A stretch of DNA of 64,000 bases, taken from assembly GCA_963668675.2 (NCBI GenBank), contig CAXXMB010000001.1, forward strand, positions 192,001 through 256,000, written 5' to 3'. Positions 48,978 to 58,841 of this stretch are shown here, piece by piece; position 1 is the stretch's first letter; each line of letters begins with the position of its first letter. The notes beneath the pieces were generated by a model. That model searched no databases, was not told where the DNA came from, and saw only the letters and a list, made by a program, of their open reading frames with translations. This DNA comes from an uncultured Desulfatitalea sp. (GTDB lineage Bacteria; Desulfobacterota; Desulfobacteria; Desulfobacterales; Desulfosarcinaceae). A program made the position numbers and the translations under genes.

Positions 48978-51815
48978 CTATTTCCATGGCTCTGCTTCAC
49001 CGCCCAGTATGAGTCCCGCGGGCAGGGATTCGCCAAAAAGCGTCTGCTCTTCATGCCGGGCGATCGGCACAACTTCTGTTAACAAACGCTGTTGGGGTTC
49101 CAATTCGTTATGCGGGGCCATCCATTCGGCAAGGCGTTTCACTACATTATCTTCCAAATCGCGGGTGCGGTCACCGGTTTTGCGGGCAAGTTGGGCCATG
49201 GCTGTGCCTGCCGCTTTGGTGTTGGGCCACTCTTGTTTGAGAAGGTTTTCGATCCAGCGGGAGGCCTCCTGGGGTGGAACCACGCGGTCGGTGGAGCCGT
49301 AGAGCAGGGCCCTGGCGCCGATGCGCGACAAGGACCAGAGGTGCTGCGGTCGGATCTGTTTCGGCGTGATCTGGGTGAGCAGCAGCCGGCCCCACTGGAT
49401 TTTGTCTTTGACGTAGAGCCGTTCGAGATTGGCGATGGCCATCCAGAGTTCGATCTGGAGTTGGGCGGGAAGGCGCGGCTTTTTCCCCTTTTTGCTTTGC
49501 AGCAGGCGCCCGGCGTCCTGGCTGAGCTGGCGCTGCTGGCCCGGGTTGAGGCCGCCGGCCAGGCGGCGCCACATGATCCACCACTCGTTCTGGACCTGGT
49601 TCTGCCTGGGGTGGGCGGGGCCCTGGTTGTAGATCTTCCAGGTGCGCTTGATGCGGTCGGGGTCGAGGCTATCGCCGAAGCCGGGGCGCAGGCAGTATCC
49701 GGTCAGGTTCATCCAGCGCGCCTCATGGGCCGGGCTTCGGGTGCGGGCTGCCGGGTTGTCTATGAGCAGATCGGCCAGTTCGCGCAGCAGGCGCAGCGGC
49801 CACTTGTCGCGGGGCAGATCAACGGTGGCGGCAATCTGCTTCACGACGCCGTCAAGCTGGGTTTGATCGGCGCTCTTCAGGGCGACTTCGAGCAGTTGGC
49901 GGGCCTCTGCGATGCGGTTGTCTTCCAGGACGATCTCTTCGCGCAGCTCTGTCTCGGGCATGGCGTCGCGCAGTTGAAACTGCAGTTGCCAGCGGTGGTC
50001 GCTGATCTGGGAGCGGCACCAGAGGGAGAGGGTGCCCATCTCGGTGTAGTGCGCTTCGATGGCGACCGGGATTTCGATTTTGGCGCCCCGCTTGCCGTAT
50101 TGGATGACGGTCTGCAGGGGCGGCAGCTGCATGAAGGTGTCGTCGATCTCGACGATACCGCCCATGCGGTCGCGGCTGCGGAAGCTTGAGCTGTAGAGGT
50201 CGAAGCGCACCGGCTGGTTGGCCAGCACCTGGAACTGACGGTCGCCCAGCGCGATGGCGCTGCCCTCGTCCAGGCCGCGCTCGACCAGGCAGATGGCTTG
50301 CTGGGGGGCTTTCTCTTGCTGGTCGGGATTGGCGACGCCGAGGTAGTAGCTGCGCGGGCTGCCGCTGCCGACGCGCACGCCGCGGCCCGTTTTGACCAAT
50401 CCGTAGTAGGCCGCTCCCTGTCCCACGGCCAGGTCGTGGCGCCGGTTCTCCAGGATGTCCGGCCGCTCTTCTTGGCTGCGGCCGAACCAGCGGCACACGG
50501 CGTCGATGATGCGCTGCTGGATCGCTTCGGGAACGAGGGCGCCGCCGTTGAAGAGCACCAGGTCGGGCATGGGGTCGGTTTTGCCCAGGATGTCGCCGAC
50601 CTCTTCGCGGTGGTGCTCCAGAAAACGCATCAGGTGTCGGGTGACGGCCGGTTCCGGTTCGTAAGGCAGGCCGAACTCGCTGATGGCGGCGCGCTGGGTC
50701 GCGGGGCGTTCATCGTCGCTATCGATGATGGGGAAAAACCCCTCCAGAATGGTCTGTTCGATGGTCGTTCGGTCCAGATCGGCGCTCATGGTGCCGGCGA
50801 TCAGGCGGCTGCCTGAACCCATCAGGGTGACGCGATGGGTGTCGGCCTCTCCCGAGAGAATCCGCTCCTTGGCCTGGCGGCACTGGTGGCACAGCGCCTG
50901 CCAGCGGTGGCTGTCCAGCGTCCCCTGTCGGTTGCCATGCCACTGGGATTCGACGAGGCGGGCCAGGGCCAGGTCCATGTTGTCGCCGCCCAGAAGCAGG
51001 TGGTCGCCCACGGCGATGCGCTCGAATCGGGGGCTGCCGCCCGCTCCGGCCGTGAGGGTCACCAGGGTAAAGTCGGTGGTGCCGCCGCCCACGTCGCAGA
51101 TCAGGATGAGCTGCCCCGGCTGGACCAGCTGATCCCAGCGCCGTTCGTGGTGCACGAGCCAGCTGTAGAAGGCGGCCAGGGGCTCCTCGAGAAGAATGAC
51201 TTCCCCGTAGCCGGCCATCTTGGCCGCGGCGAGGGTCAGCTCGCGGGCCACTTCGTCGAACGAGGCCGGCACCGTGACGATCACGGTCTGGTTCTCGAGA
51301 AAGTACTCCTCTTCGTTGCCCCGGCTGTGGTTCCACGCTTTGCGGATGTGCTCCAGATAGGCGGCGCTGGCCTGGACCGGGGAGACTTTGCGCACCTCGC
51401 CCGGTGCGCCCCAGGGCAGGATGCGGGCATGGCGGTCCACCCGGTCGTGGCAGAGCCAGCTTTTGGCCGAGGCCACCAGGCGGGTGGGCACCTGGGCGCC
51501 CTGGTCGCGGGCCCACGCCCCCACGAAATCATCTTCGCTGCGGGGCCACGGATGCACCATGGCGGAAGATTCGATGTCATATTGCCCGGGGATGTAGAGA
51601 AACGACGGCAGCACCGGCTGCCGGCTGAAGACGCCGGCATCGGTCAGCTGGGGCACCTCGAACGGCTGGATCGGTTCGACCTTCCCGGCGGCGTCGATGT
51701 CGGCGTAGGCCACCGCCGAGTTGGTGGTTCCCAGATCGATGCCGACAACCCAGCTTTCGCTGTCGTTTGGCTCGGTGTCGGTTGTGTTGTTGGTTTGTTG
51801 GGTCGCGTTCGACAT
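48978..51815 (-). CDS. atypical Hsp70 family protein with long helical C-terminal (DUF3731-like) domain
   Basis: VGIDLGTTNS, TVPASFD, EEPLAA, DVGGGTTD, LGGDNMD, LFNGG; GYCLRPGFG and LFGESLPAGL C-terminal motifs. Confidence 0.88.
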   Translation of the reverse strand: MSNATQQTNNTTDTEPNDSESWVVGIDLGTTNSAVAYADIDAAGKVEPIQPFEVPQLTDAGVFSRQPVLPSFLYIPGQYDIESSAMVHPWPRSEDDFVGAWARDQGAQVPTRLVASAKSWLCHDRVDRHARILPWGAPGEVRKVSPVQASAAYLEHIRKAWNHSRGNEEEYFLENQTVIVTVPASFDEVARELTLAAAKMAGYGEVILLEEPLAAFYSWLVHHERRWDQLVQPGQLILICDVGGGTTDFTLVTLTAGAGGSPRFERIAVGDHLLLGGDNMDLALARLVESQWHGNRQGTLDSHRWQALCHQCRQAKERILSGEADTHRVTLMGSGSRLIAGTMSADLDRTTIEQTILEGFFPIIDSDDERPATQRAAISEFGLPYEPEPAVTRHLMRFLEHHREEVGDILGKTDPMPDLVLFNGGALVPEAIQQRIIDAVCRWFGRSQEERPDILENRRHDLAVGQGAAYYGLVKTGRGVRVGSGSPRSYYLGVANPDQQEKAPQQAICLVERGLDEGSAIALGDRQFQVLANQPVRFDLYSSSFRSRDRMGGIVEIDDTFMQLPPLQTVIQYGKRGAKIEIPVAIEAHYTEMGTLSLWCRSQISDHRWQLQFQLRDAMPETELREEIVLEDNRIAEARQLLEVALKSADQTQLDGVVKQIAATVDLPRDKWPLRLLRELADLLIDNPAARTRSPAHEARWMNLTGYCLRPGFGDSLDPDRIKRTWKIYNQGPAHPRQNQVQNEWWIMWRRLAGGLNPGQQRQLSQDAGRLLQSKKGKKPRLPAQLQIELWMAIANLERLYVKDKIQWGRLLLTQITPKQIRPQHLWSLSRIGARALLYGSTDRVVPPQEASRWIENLLKQEWPNTKAAGTAMAQLARKTGDRTRDLEDNVVKRLAEWMAPHNELEPQQRLLTEVVPIARHEEQTLFGESLPAGLILGGEAEPWK

Positions 51816-51844
51816 AGGTGCGTCTTGTGCCTTTAGGTTTATCT

Positions 51845-51966
51845 ACGACCAAATCGCTAAAACTTTTCCGTACGTCATAGCCCCGGATCGCGGTTATTTG
51901 AAAGACTGGATGCCGGCCTTCGCCGGCATGACGGAAAAAGTGTTTGGCGATTTTGCGAATTCATCA
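51845..51966. repeat. MITE/REP-like element, family B, overlapping the stop of 51964-53790
   Basis: GATGCCGGCCTTCGCCGGCATGAC hairpin; end TTTTGCGAATTCATCA resembles the end of 62082-62216. Confidence 0.6.
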
Positions 51967-53790
51967 GCTTTGCTCCCTGACACTCCACTCCAGTCGCCAG
52001 CGCCGGTCGTCGGTTTTGGAGACGCACCACACCTCCAGGGTGCCCACTTCGGTGATGTTCAGTTCCAGGGTGACCGGCAGGGTCTGGTCGGGCTCACCAT
52101 CCAGGGTGATCTCCAGGGTGGTGACGGGAAGGATCTCCCCCTGCCAGTCCTCGACGATGGTGCCGACGCGGTCGTCGTGGCGGGTGGTGGATCCGAGAAA
52201 GTCGAAGGCGACCGGATCGCCCACCACCAGCATGAACTCCTGGTCGCGGATGGCGGCCGTGGTGCCCTCCTCCATGCCGAAGGCGGCCACACAGAGCGCC
52301 TTGGTGGGGGCCGGCATACCCGGTACGGCCGGCATGGCGGCGGCGATGCCGATATAGTAGGATCGGCCAAGGCCGCCGCGAATGCGAACCCCTTTTCCCT
52401 GCCTGGCCAGGCCGTAGCAGGCCGCGCCGCGCGCAACGGCCAGGTCGAAGTCGGCGCCATCAAGCTCTCGAACGGCTTCACTAACGCCAGTTTGGGGCGA
52501 CCAACTGTTGAGGATCGATAGGATCTGCTCGCGGAACAGCTCTGATTTCATGACACCGCCGTTGAAGAGGACGGCCGTGGGGCGTGCGTTGCCGCCGCTG
52601 GTGGCAGGGCGGTTGAGGAAGGCGGCCAGGTGGTGGCTGATGGCCGGGTCGGATTCGAAGGCCAGGCCGAACTCCCGGATGCCGCTGCGTCCGGCGCTCT
52701 GCGGGGAGGTGTCCGCTTCGCAGGCCGGGAAGAAGCCGTCGCGCAGAAGGCCCTGGGTGGTGTCGCGCGTCAGCTCGGTGGAGATGGTGCCGCCGATCAG
52801 ACTGCTGCCGCGTCCCAGCACAGTCACCGGCAGGCGGTCGCAGTCAGGGTCGGAGAGGAGTCGCTCCTTGGCGCTGCGGCAGCTGTGCCACAGCCCGTTC
52901 ATCTGCCAGCTGTCGAGGGTGGCGCCCGATTCGGAGAGCTGGCGCGCCAGGGTGTAGGCCAGGGTCAAATCCATGTTGTTGCCGCCCACCAGCAGGTGGT
53001 TGCCCACGGCGATTCGTTCCAGAGAGAGCGCCCCATCCGCTTCCGACACTTCGATCAGGCTGAGGTCGGTGGTGCCGCCGCCCACGTCGCAGACGAGGAT
53101 CAGGTCGCCCGGCGCCACGGCGTCGCGCCAGCGGTCTTTCCGGTCGGCGATCCAGGCATAAAAGGCGGCCTGGGGCTCTTCCAGCAGGGTGACCTGCGGC
53201 AATCCGGCGCTCTCCGCCGCCTTGACGGTCAATTCGCGGGCCGCGGCGTCGAACGAGGCCGGCACCGTGAGATAGATCAGCTGGTGCTCCATTTTCAGGT
53301 GCTCGTGGACTCCCTCATCGGTGCGGGCCATGGTGTGGTTCCAGGCGTGGCGCAGGTGGCGCAGAATGGCGGCAGAGGCGTCCACCGGCGAGAGCTTGGC
53401 GGTCCGGGGTGCCTCTTTGGCGTCTCCCTCCCAGGGGAGGATCGGCGCTTCCCGGTCGACCAGGGTGTTGCAGAGCCACGATTTGGACGAGGAGATGAGC
53501 CTCTGGGGCAGCTCTTCACCACGCCGGCGGGCGTACTCTCCAACGGCGTAGGCGGGAGCCGGGTCCCAGGGCAGGGCCAGCTCCTCCGCCGGTAAGCCTT
53601 CGCCCGGCGGCATGAGCACGAACGAGGGCAGCACGGGGCGCTGCTCAACGACGCCGTTGTCCACCAACTGGGGGATATCGAACAGACGGATGTCGGCCGC
53701 TTCGACGCTGGGCGTGTCGGCCGGTACGTAGGCCACGACGCTGTTGGTGGTGCCCAGGTCGATGCCGATGATATATTCAGGGGCGCTCAT
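51964..53790 (-). CDS. atypical Hsp70 family protein
   Basis: IGIDLGTTNS, TVPASFD, EEPQAA, DVGGGTTD, VGGNNMD, LFNGG; lacks the DnaK lid. Confidence 0.9.
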   Translation of the reverse strand: MSAPEYIIGIDLGTTNSVVAYVPADTPSVEAADIRLFDIPQLVDNGVVEQRPVLPSFVLMPPGEGLPAEELALPWDPAPAYAVGEYARRRGEELPQRLISSSKSWLCNTLVDREAPILPWEGDAKEAPRTAKLSPVDASAAILRHLRHAWNHTMARTDEGVHEHLKMEHQLIYLTVPASFDAAARELTVKAAESAGLPQVTLLEEPQAAFYAWIADRKDRWRDAVAPGDLILVCDVGGGTTDLSLIEVSEADGALSLERIAVGNHLLVGGNNMDLTLAYTLARQLSESGATLDSWQMNGLWHSCRSAKERLLSDPDCDRLPVTVLGRGSSLIGGTISTELTRDTTQGLLRDGFFPACEADTSPQSAGRSGIREFGLAFESDPAISHHLAAFLNRPATSGGNARPTAVLFNGGVMKSELFREQILSILNSWSPQTGVSEAVRELDGADFDLAVARGAACYGLARQGKGVRIRGGLGRSYYIGIAAAMPAVPGMPAPTKALCVAAFGMEEGTTAAIRDQEFMLVVGDPVAFDFLGSTTRHDDRVGTIVEDWQGEILPVTTLEITLDGEPDQTLPVTLELNITEVGTLEVWCVSKTDDRRWRLEWSVREQS

Positions 53791-53816
53791 TATTTAACTC
53801 CGCAAGGGCCATTGCG

Positions 53817-53906
53817 TGCGGGCGTAAGGCCCGCCCTTAAGTGGTTTGGGTAGAAACGGAACGTGATTTCGACAACGGTCTTGTAGGGAAGGGGTTTATT
53901 CCCGCC
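53817..53906. repeat. pair of GTAG-type REP-like palindromes
   Basis: GCGGGCGTAAGGCCCGCCCTTA and GTAGGGAAGGGGTTTATTCCCGCC in opposite orientation. Confidence 0.5.
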
Positions 53907-53920
53907 TGTCCAGCTGCGAC

Positions 53921-54676
53921 TCACTGCACCTCCACCTCGGCCGGAGCGATGATGTCCGTGGCCTGCCGTCCGGAGAAGGTCGGCAGGTCGACCTTGCGGG
54001 CCCGCCAACCCCGATGACGCACGATGCCTTTGAACGGCGGTTCGCCGGTCACGTTGCCGACCAGTTTCAAGGTGTTGGGATCGAATCCTTTCTCCACCTC
54101 GATTTCATCCCCCTCCTGGGCGTCGAGTACGAATTGGGGCTTGATCTGGCCGTCGAGGGATTTTTTGCAGTTCTCGTGGATGCTGCGCACCGCCGCTCCG
54201 ATCTGGCCGTCCTGGTATTGGCTCAGATCTTCGGAGAAGAAGTCGAGCAGGCGACCCTCCTTCTGCAGGATGCCGATCAGGTGCAGATAGGTCCGTTTGG
54301 CGGCATCGGCCCGTTGTTTTGCAGCCTTCTCTTCGGCCTCTTTGGACGAGGGGGCCGGGCGCTTGACCGGGGCCGGCGCAGCAACGCTTGTACAGGTTCG
54401 TCGCAGGGAGAGCCAGGCCAGAAGGGCGACCAAGAAGAAAAAGAGGATGACGGACGGCAGAAACCAGGGCCAGAATCCCGAGGAGATCGCCGCCATCCAA
54501 TCGGCCAGCGATTTAATCTCGGTGATTTCCGGGTGTGTCTGGACAAGCCGGGCGATGCGCACTGTGCCCGTTCGAAGGCCCCAGTAGGCGGCACCGGCCA
54601 CGCACAGGGCGGCCAGCACGTTGAACAAAAGAACCCGGACGAAGACCGGTCGGGTGGATATTTTGGCGGTATCCAT
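53921..54676 (-). CDS. DUF2760 protein with two N-terminal TM helices
   Basis: LQKEGRLLDFFSEDL..IGAAVRSIHE..GFDPN..GNVTGEPPFKGIVRHRGW..IAPAEVEV; RBS AGGAG. Confidence 0.85.
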   Translation of the reverse strand: MDTAKISTRPVFVRVLLFNVLAALCVAGAAYWGLRTGTVRIARLVQTHPEITEIKSLADWMAAISSGFWPWFLPSVILFFFLVALLAWLSLRRTCTSVAAPAPVKRPAPSSKEAEEKAAKQRADAAKRTYLHLIGILQKEGRLLDFFSEDLSQYQDGQIGAAVRSIHENCKKSLDGQIKPQFVLDAQEGDEIEVEKGFDPNTLKLVGNVTGEPPFKGIVRHRGWRARKVDLPTFSGRQATDIIAPAEVEVQ

Positions 54677-54853
54677 GCGTTTCGAACTCCTTTTGGTTTT
54701 ATTGAGCACTTACCGGTGAGCCGCTGCTGTTCGCGCAGGCGGCTCACCCTTTTTAAAAAGGAATCTCTTTATCATCATTTTGGCTGGCTGTACATCTTGG
54801 CAGGGGGATCGGGGCCTTCTATTTTGGCAGTAAACATTATGCCAATAGACGAC

Positions 54854-54876
54854 GCCCCCCTTTCACAAAGGGGGGC
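54854..54876. repeat. GC-rich hairpin (terminator/REP-like)
   Basis: GCCCCCCTTT-CAC-AAAGGGGGGC; similar palindrome CCCTTTTGCAAAAGGG at 11152-11167. Confidence 0.5.
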
Positions 54877-54992
54877 TGGTGGGGATTTTTTTCTGGATTC
54901 CCGTGTCCAAAGCAGTTGCATACGTCGGTATGCTTGTTCAGCGAGTGCGCCGTCTACCGGCCGCGACGAATATCGCGAACGGTGTGCAAGGA

Positions 54993-55715
54993 TCATTTCA
55001 ACATGGTCAACCGTTGTATGCCTTTGATTTGTCTGTAATTTGCGCCTTGGCTGATGCACTTCAGGGTGGTCTCCGGGTCGACGACCCGGGTGCCGCTGAT
55101 GGCATCCACACCGAAATCGAAAAGCAACGGTGAAAGCGGGGCTGTCGGTCCCAAGACCAAAACGAAGGCTGCGGGATCGCACAGCGCAAGCAGCTGTTCG
55201 AGGGTGTGGTGGGTCAGGGCGGCACCGGTGATGGCCACCACATCGGCATCGGGAATCAGATCCACGGCCCTGTGTTCTGCTTCGTCGCCAGGCTGCGGGT
55301 TTTTTTCGATCACCACCAGCGAGGCGGCGCGTTTTTTTATTTTGGGCACAAAAGGAAAGTGGCCGATGATGGCAACCCGTCTGTCTGCTGCCCGTTCGGC
55401 GATCAGTTCGGCGGCGTTCACCTCCCGGCAGCGCGCAACGTCGATCTTGAGCAGTGAATTGATGGCAGCCATGCCGATGGCCGCCTCCAATATGCTCTCC
55501 GAGTAGGCCATTTGGGTCAGTTGTTGGGCGCTCTTCAACGTAAGGCTGCCGGGGTTGTGGACCAGTGGCGGCGCCTGTCGCAGCGCATCGTGGGGCAGGG
55601 TGGCGGCAATCCCGCAATTGCGAGTCCAGACGGCGGTATCGAACATCCCCTGACGGATCTCTCTCACCGGAGCGTCGAAATCGAGGGTGGCGATCAAATG
55701 GTCGAGTATCTTCAT
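54993..55715 (-). CDS. DUF364/Rossmann-like putative metal-chelation protein
   Basis: AIGMAAINSL, VAIIGHFP, DVVAITG, LGPTAPL..LFDFGVD. Confidence 0.85.
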   Translation of the reverse strand: MKILDHLIATLDFDAPVREIRQGMFDTAVWTRNCGIAATLPHDALRQAPPLVHNPGSLTLKSAQQLTQMAYSESILEAAIGMAAINSLLKIDVARCREVNAAELIAERAADRRVAIIGHFPFVPKIKKRAASLVVIEKNPQPGDEAEHRAVDLIPDADVVAITGAALTHHTLEQLLALCDPAAFVLVLGPTAPLSPLLFDFGVDAISGTRVVDPETTLKCISQGANYRQIKGIQRLTMLK

Positions 55716-55771
55716 GTCACTCCGTGGTTAAGAGGTTGTAGAGACTAAGCGTAATGTTGTCGCCTCTCGTT

Positions 55772-55960
55772 TCAAGGATCGAGCACGACTTGATGGGTGT
55801 CGACCAGGTCGACGCTTCGCACGGTTCCCTCAACGAACTTTTTTTCGCCAAAGAGATTGATCAGCCAGAAGCCTCGGCCCTCGGACTCGATGCGGGCTAC
55901 ATCCCGCATGACCTCTTTCGGTTCACCGGATGCGTAAAGGTAGACGGTGCTTAAGCACAT
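55772..55960 (-). CDS. cooT: CooT family nickel-binding protein
   Basis: MCLSTVY..VMRDVARI..NLFGE..VDL..H pattern with Cys2. Confidence 0.82.
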   Translation of the reverse strand: MCLSTVYLYASGEPKEVMRDVARIESEGRGFWLINLFGEKKFVEGTVRSVDLVDTHQVVLDP

Positions 55961-56055
55961 GTGATTCTCCCAACGGTTGGGATTAAGCCATTTGAGAGCA
56001 GGCTCACAAACAGCGTCTCAAAATGCACGGTTTCCTTCCCTTTGTGATCGTGCCG

Positions 56056-56811
56056 CTATTGTGCCAAGAGCTGCTCCAGCACTTTGCCAGCCGTATCGAA
56101 AGCGACGCCACTGGCAGGAACGCTTCCCGCCATCGATGCCTCGAACACCAGGGGATCGCTTGGGAACGTACCGATGATATCGAGTCCTTTTTCGGCAAGG
56201 GCCGCTTTCATTTTGCGGGAGACCTCATCTGACGGCGTTTTGTTCAAAACGGCGGATACCCTTTTTTGCATGCCGGCTGCAAGGGTTTTGATCCTGCCGG
56301 CCAGGTTCAGCGAGTCGAAAGAGGGTTCGACCACTACCAGTACGTGATCGATGTTCTCGTCGATGCCCCTCCCGAAATGTTCGACGCCCGCCTCCATATC
56401 GACGATGGCGATTTCACCATTTTTCAGGGAGAGCTTTTTGAGGAATTCACGGTTCAACACTCCCATGGGGCACGCACATCCCTCCAATGCCTGTAGAATT
56501 TTGCCGATGCCCACCAGCATGAGGCCGTTCTGCTTTCGGATAAAGTCAGGCGCGATCTCCTCTGTATGGATGAGGGCCTGGGTCATCAGGGATTGCTGCC
56601 CCATCTTCTCCTTGATGCCGGCCTTGCCCCCTACCAGTTCCATTAGCGGGGTCGGCGGTGATGCGAAGCCGAGCATCTGGTAGAGCCCGGAGTTGGAGTC
56701 GTCGGCGTCGACCACCAGCGCCTTCAAGTCTCGCAGTATGGCCTGTTTGGCCAGTAGCGTCGTGACAGTACTTTTCCCGCTGCCACCTTTGCCACATACA
56801 GATATCTTCAT
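56056..56811 (-). CDS. cooC: CooC/AcsF-like nickel-insertion ATPase
   Basis: MKISVCGKGGSGKST, GCACP, VDMEAGVEHFGRG; RBS AAGGAG. Confidence 0.88.
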   Translation of the reverse strand: MKISVCGKGGSGKSTVTTLLAKQAILRDLKALVVDADDSNSGLYQMLGFASPPTPLMELVGGKAGIKEKMGQQSLMTQALIHTEEIAPDFIRKQNGLMLVGIGKILQALEGCACPMGVLNREFLKKLSLKNGEIAIVDMEAGVEHFGRGIDENIDHVLVVVEPSFDSLNLAGRIKTLAAGMQKRVSAVLNKTPSDEVSRKMKAALAEKGLDIIGTFPSDPLVFEASMAGSVPASGVAFDTAGKVLEQLLAQ

Positions 56812-56929
56812 AGATCTGTTCTCCTTCTGCTTCATCATGCGCCCTCCCGCAAACAGAGACGGCCCATGGGTTGGAACCGCTTGCCGTCGTTGCCTTAAAT
56901 GGGGAGGAGATGATCGGCGGGTGTTCGGT

Positions 56930-57370
56930 TCATGTTTGGAGGGTCTCATTTTTCATGTAATCATCCAGGGCCGCCTGGACGGTGGCGGCGGCGAGGAAGG
57001 CGCAGTGCTGATCCTCCTCGGGAAAGCTGCCCAATATCTTCAGGATCAGCTGGCCGTCGATGTCGGTCAGCTCCTCAGGGGTTTTTCCCAGGGCCATTTC
57101 GGCGGCCAGTGAACCGCAAACGGTGCTGGCGCCGCAGCCATCCGTGAGGAAGGAGGCTGCTTTGACCTTTCCGTTATCGAACTTGAGGAAGATCTGCATG
57201 GTGTCACCGCATGTGCCGGTGAGGCGGCCATGGGCATCTGCATCTTTCATGGCGCCCCGATAGAGCGGGTGGCGCCATCTTTGAAACCCGATTTCACCGT
57301 AAGCTTCACGGGTCTCCTCGAAGATCTGGTCCTGTAATCCTTTGACGAAGTCGTCTAGTTTGTCACCCAT
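56930..57370 (-). CDS. IscU/NifU N-terminal-type Fe-S scaffold
   Basis: TGTCGDTM, TDGCGAS, DQHCAFLA (three Cys). Confidence 0.85.
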   Translation of the reverse strand: MGDKLDDFVKGLQDQIFEETREAYGEIGFQRWRHPLYRGAMKDADAHGRLTGTCGDTMQIFLKFDNGKVKAASFLTDGCGASTVCGSLAAEMALGKTPEELTDIDGQLILKILGSFPEEDQHCAFLAAATVQAALDDYMKNETLQT

Positions 57371-57401
57371 TGTTTCCTCTGGTTCATGTTTCACTTGTTG
57401 T

Positions 57402-57962
57402 TTAACGCTTTTTCGGCGTTTTGTTCATGCCGCCCATGCCGCCCATGCCACCCATGCCGCCACCGCCCATACCACGGCCTCCACCGCCGCCCATGCCACC
57501 ACCACCCATGCCGCGACCTCCACCACCGCCCATGCCGCGTCCGCCGCCCATGCCACGGCCGCCCCTCATGCCGCCACCGCATCCGATGCCGCGTCCGGCG
57601 CCCATGCCGCTTGGGGCCGGATTGCCGGCGGCCGGGGATTGAGGCGTCTTGCCCGATTTGAACTGTTCCAGCGCGCTGCGCACGGTGCCACTGACACCGG
57701 TGACCACCTCGATGTCGACGGCACCGAAGGCTTGGATGGCGTTGGGACCGCAGCTGCCGGTCAACACGGTCGAAACGCCTTTTCCATGCACGAGTTGAAC
57801 CGATTGCGGACCGGCACCCCCTGGAAGGGAAACGTTGGGATTGGGAATCGCTTCAAATTCCAGGGTTTCAGGGGCGACAATCAAGAAGTAGGGGCATCGG
57901 CCGAAGCGGGGCTCGACCGTGCTGTCAAGCGTCGGGCCTGTGGATGAGATGGCGATTTTCAT
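57402..57962 (-). CDS. NifB/NifX (FeMo-co binding) family protein with Gly/Met/Arg-rich tail
   Basis: MKIAISS..RFGRCPYFLI..GGAG..LTGSCGPNA; GMGGGG repeats. Confidence 0.88.
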   Translation of the reverse strand: MKIAISSTGPTLDSTVEPRFGRCPYFLIVAPETLEFEAIPNPNVSLPGGAGPQSVQLVHGKGVSTVLTGSCGPNAIQAFGAVDIEVVTGVSGTVRSALEQFKSGKTPQSPAAGNPAPSGMGAGRGIGCGGGMRGGRGMGGGRGMGGGGGRGMGGGGMGGGGGRGMGGGGMGGMGGMGGMNKTPKKR

Positions 57963-58012
57963 ATGGTTTACCTCCGCAAATAAAGGGTTAATTCCTGCTC
58001 AAAAAGTATGAC

Positions 58013-58029
58013 AGCAAGGCCCGTGCCGA
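58013..58029 (-). promoter_or_regulatory. sigma54 promoter for the NifX-IscU-CooC-CooT-DUF364 operon
   Basis: Minus strand TCGGCACGGGCCTTGCT, close to consensus TGGCACG-N4-TTGC, ~50 nt before ATG. Confidence 0.7.
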
Positions 58030-58259
58030 GCATTGCAAAATGGGGTGTGATTCATATTCCCTTGCCCCGCTTGGGGTTCAAGGCGTACAAGCTGGGAGTC
58101 GGGCAGAAAGCGCGATTAATTGTATAGCAGAAATGCAACTCTATAACCTGAAGTGTTCCTGCTCTGCGACGCTACCTTCAAGGTCGCAAGACGATCCGCC
58201 ATTTCCGAAAAGCCGCGGGGCTGCGCAACTCCGCTTCTTGCCGTCTTGCGGACCCGGTC

Positions 58260-58275
58260 TGGCATGACCTGTGCG
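58260..58275 (+). promoter_or_regulatory. candidate sigma54 promoter for the CGGC-DUF89-rSAM operon
   Basis: TGGCATGACCTGTGCG with GG-N10-GC spacing, ~100 nt before ATG. Confidence 0.5.
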
Positions 58276-58375
58276 TCCCATGATGGTAAAAGGGACTGTT
58301 CCCTGTTTTTTCGAGAGATGTTCCACTCTTGATCGATATGGGCAGACCTTTTCAACACTTCGAAAGGAGGAACGG

Positions 58376-58774
58376 ATGACCAAAATAGGACTGATTCGTT
58401 GCGAGAAGAATGAAGATCGCTGTCCGCTAACCGGCTGCCTGACCAGTTTGAAGAATTGTGCACAGGCTTTTACATGCTATGATGAGGCTGAGATCACCGG
58501 GATCTTCACCTGTCGCTGTCCGGGTGACGGTCTGGTCGACAAGGTGAAGATATTGAAAAGCAAGGGTGCCCAGGCGATTCACTTCTGCACGTGCGCCTTT
58601 TCCCACAAGGCATCGAATCAGTGGGTGATGGGCGAGGGGTTTTGCGACCACCTGGATGAGCTCATGGCGCACGTTTCGAACGAGGCCGACATCACATGTG
58701 TAAAAGGTTCGGCCCACTTGCCCGAAGCGTATCAGCTGGAGATTTTCACTCGCACGGCGAGTGAGGTCCTGTGA
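58376..58774 (+). CDS. CGGC-domain-like Cys-rich metal-binding protein
   Basis: KIGLIRC..CPLTGC..FTCRCPG..IHFCTC; RBS AGGAGG. Confidence 0.8.
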   Translation: MTKIGLIRCEKNEDRCPLTGCLTSLKNCAQAFTCYDEAEITGIFTCRCPGDGLVDKVKILKSKGAQAIHFCTCAFSHKASNQWVMGEGFCDHLDELMAHVSNEADITCVKGSAHLPEAYQLEIFTRTASEVL

Positions 58775-58841
58775 GCCGTCCTTTTTCCAGGACGGGGGAG
58801 GGATTGCGATGTTGCGTGTGACCTTTTGGAAAGCGATCTGA

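Noticed and set aside
57420..57610. Tandem GCCCATGCC repeats
   Set aside because: They encode the Gly/Met-rich tail of the NifX-like protein, not a non-coding array
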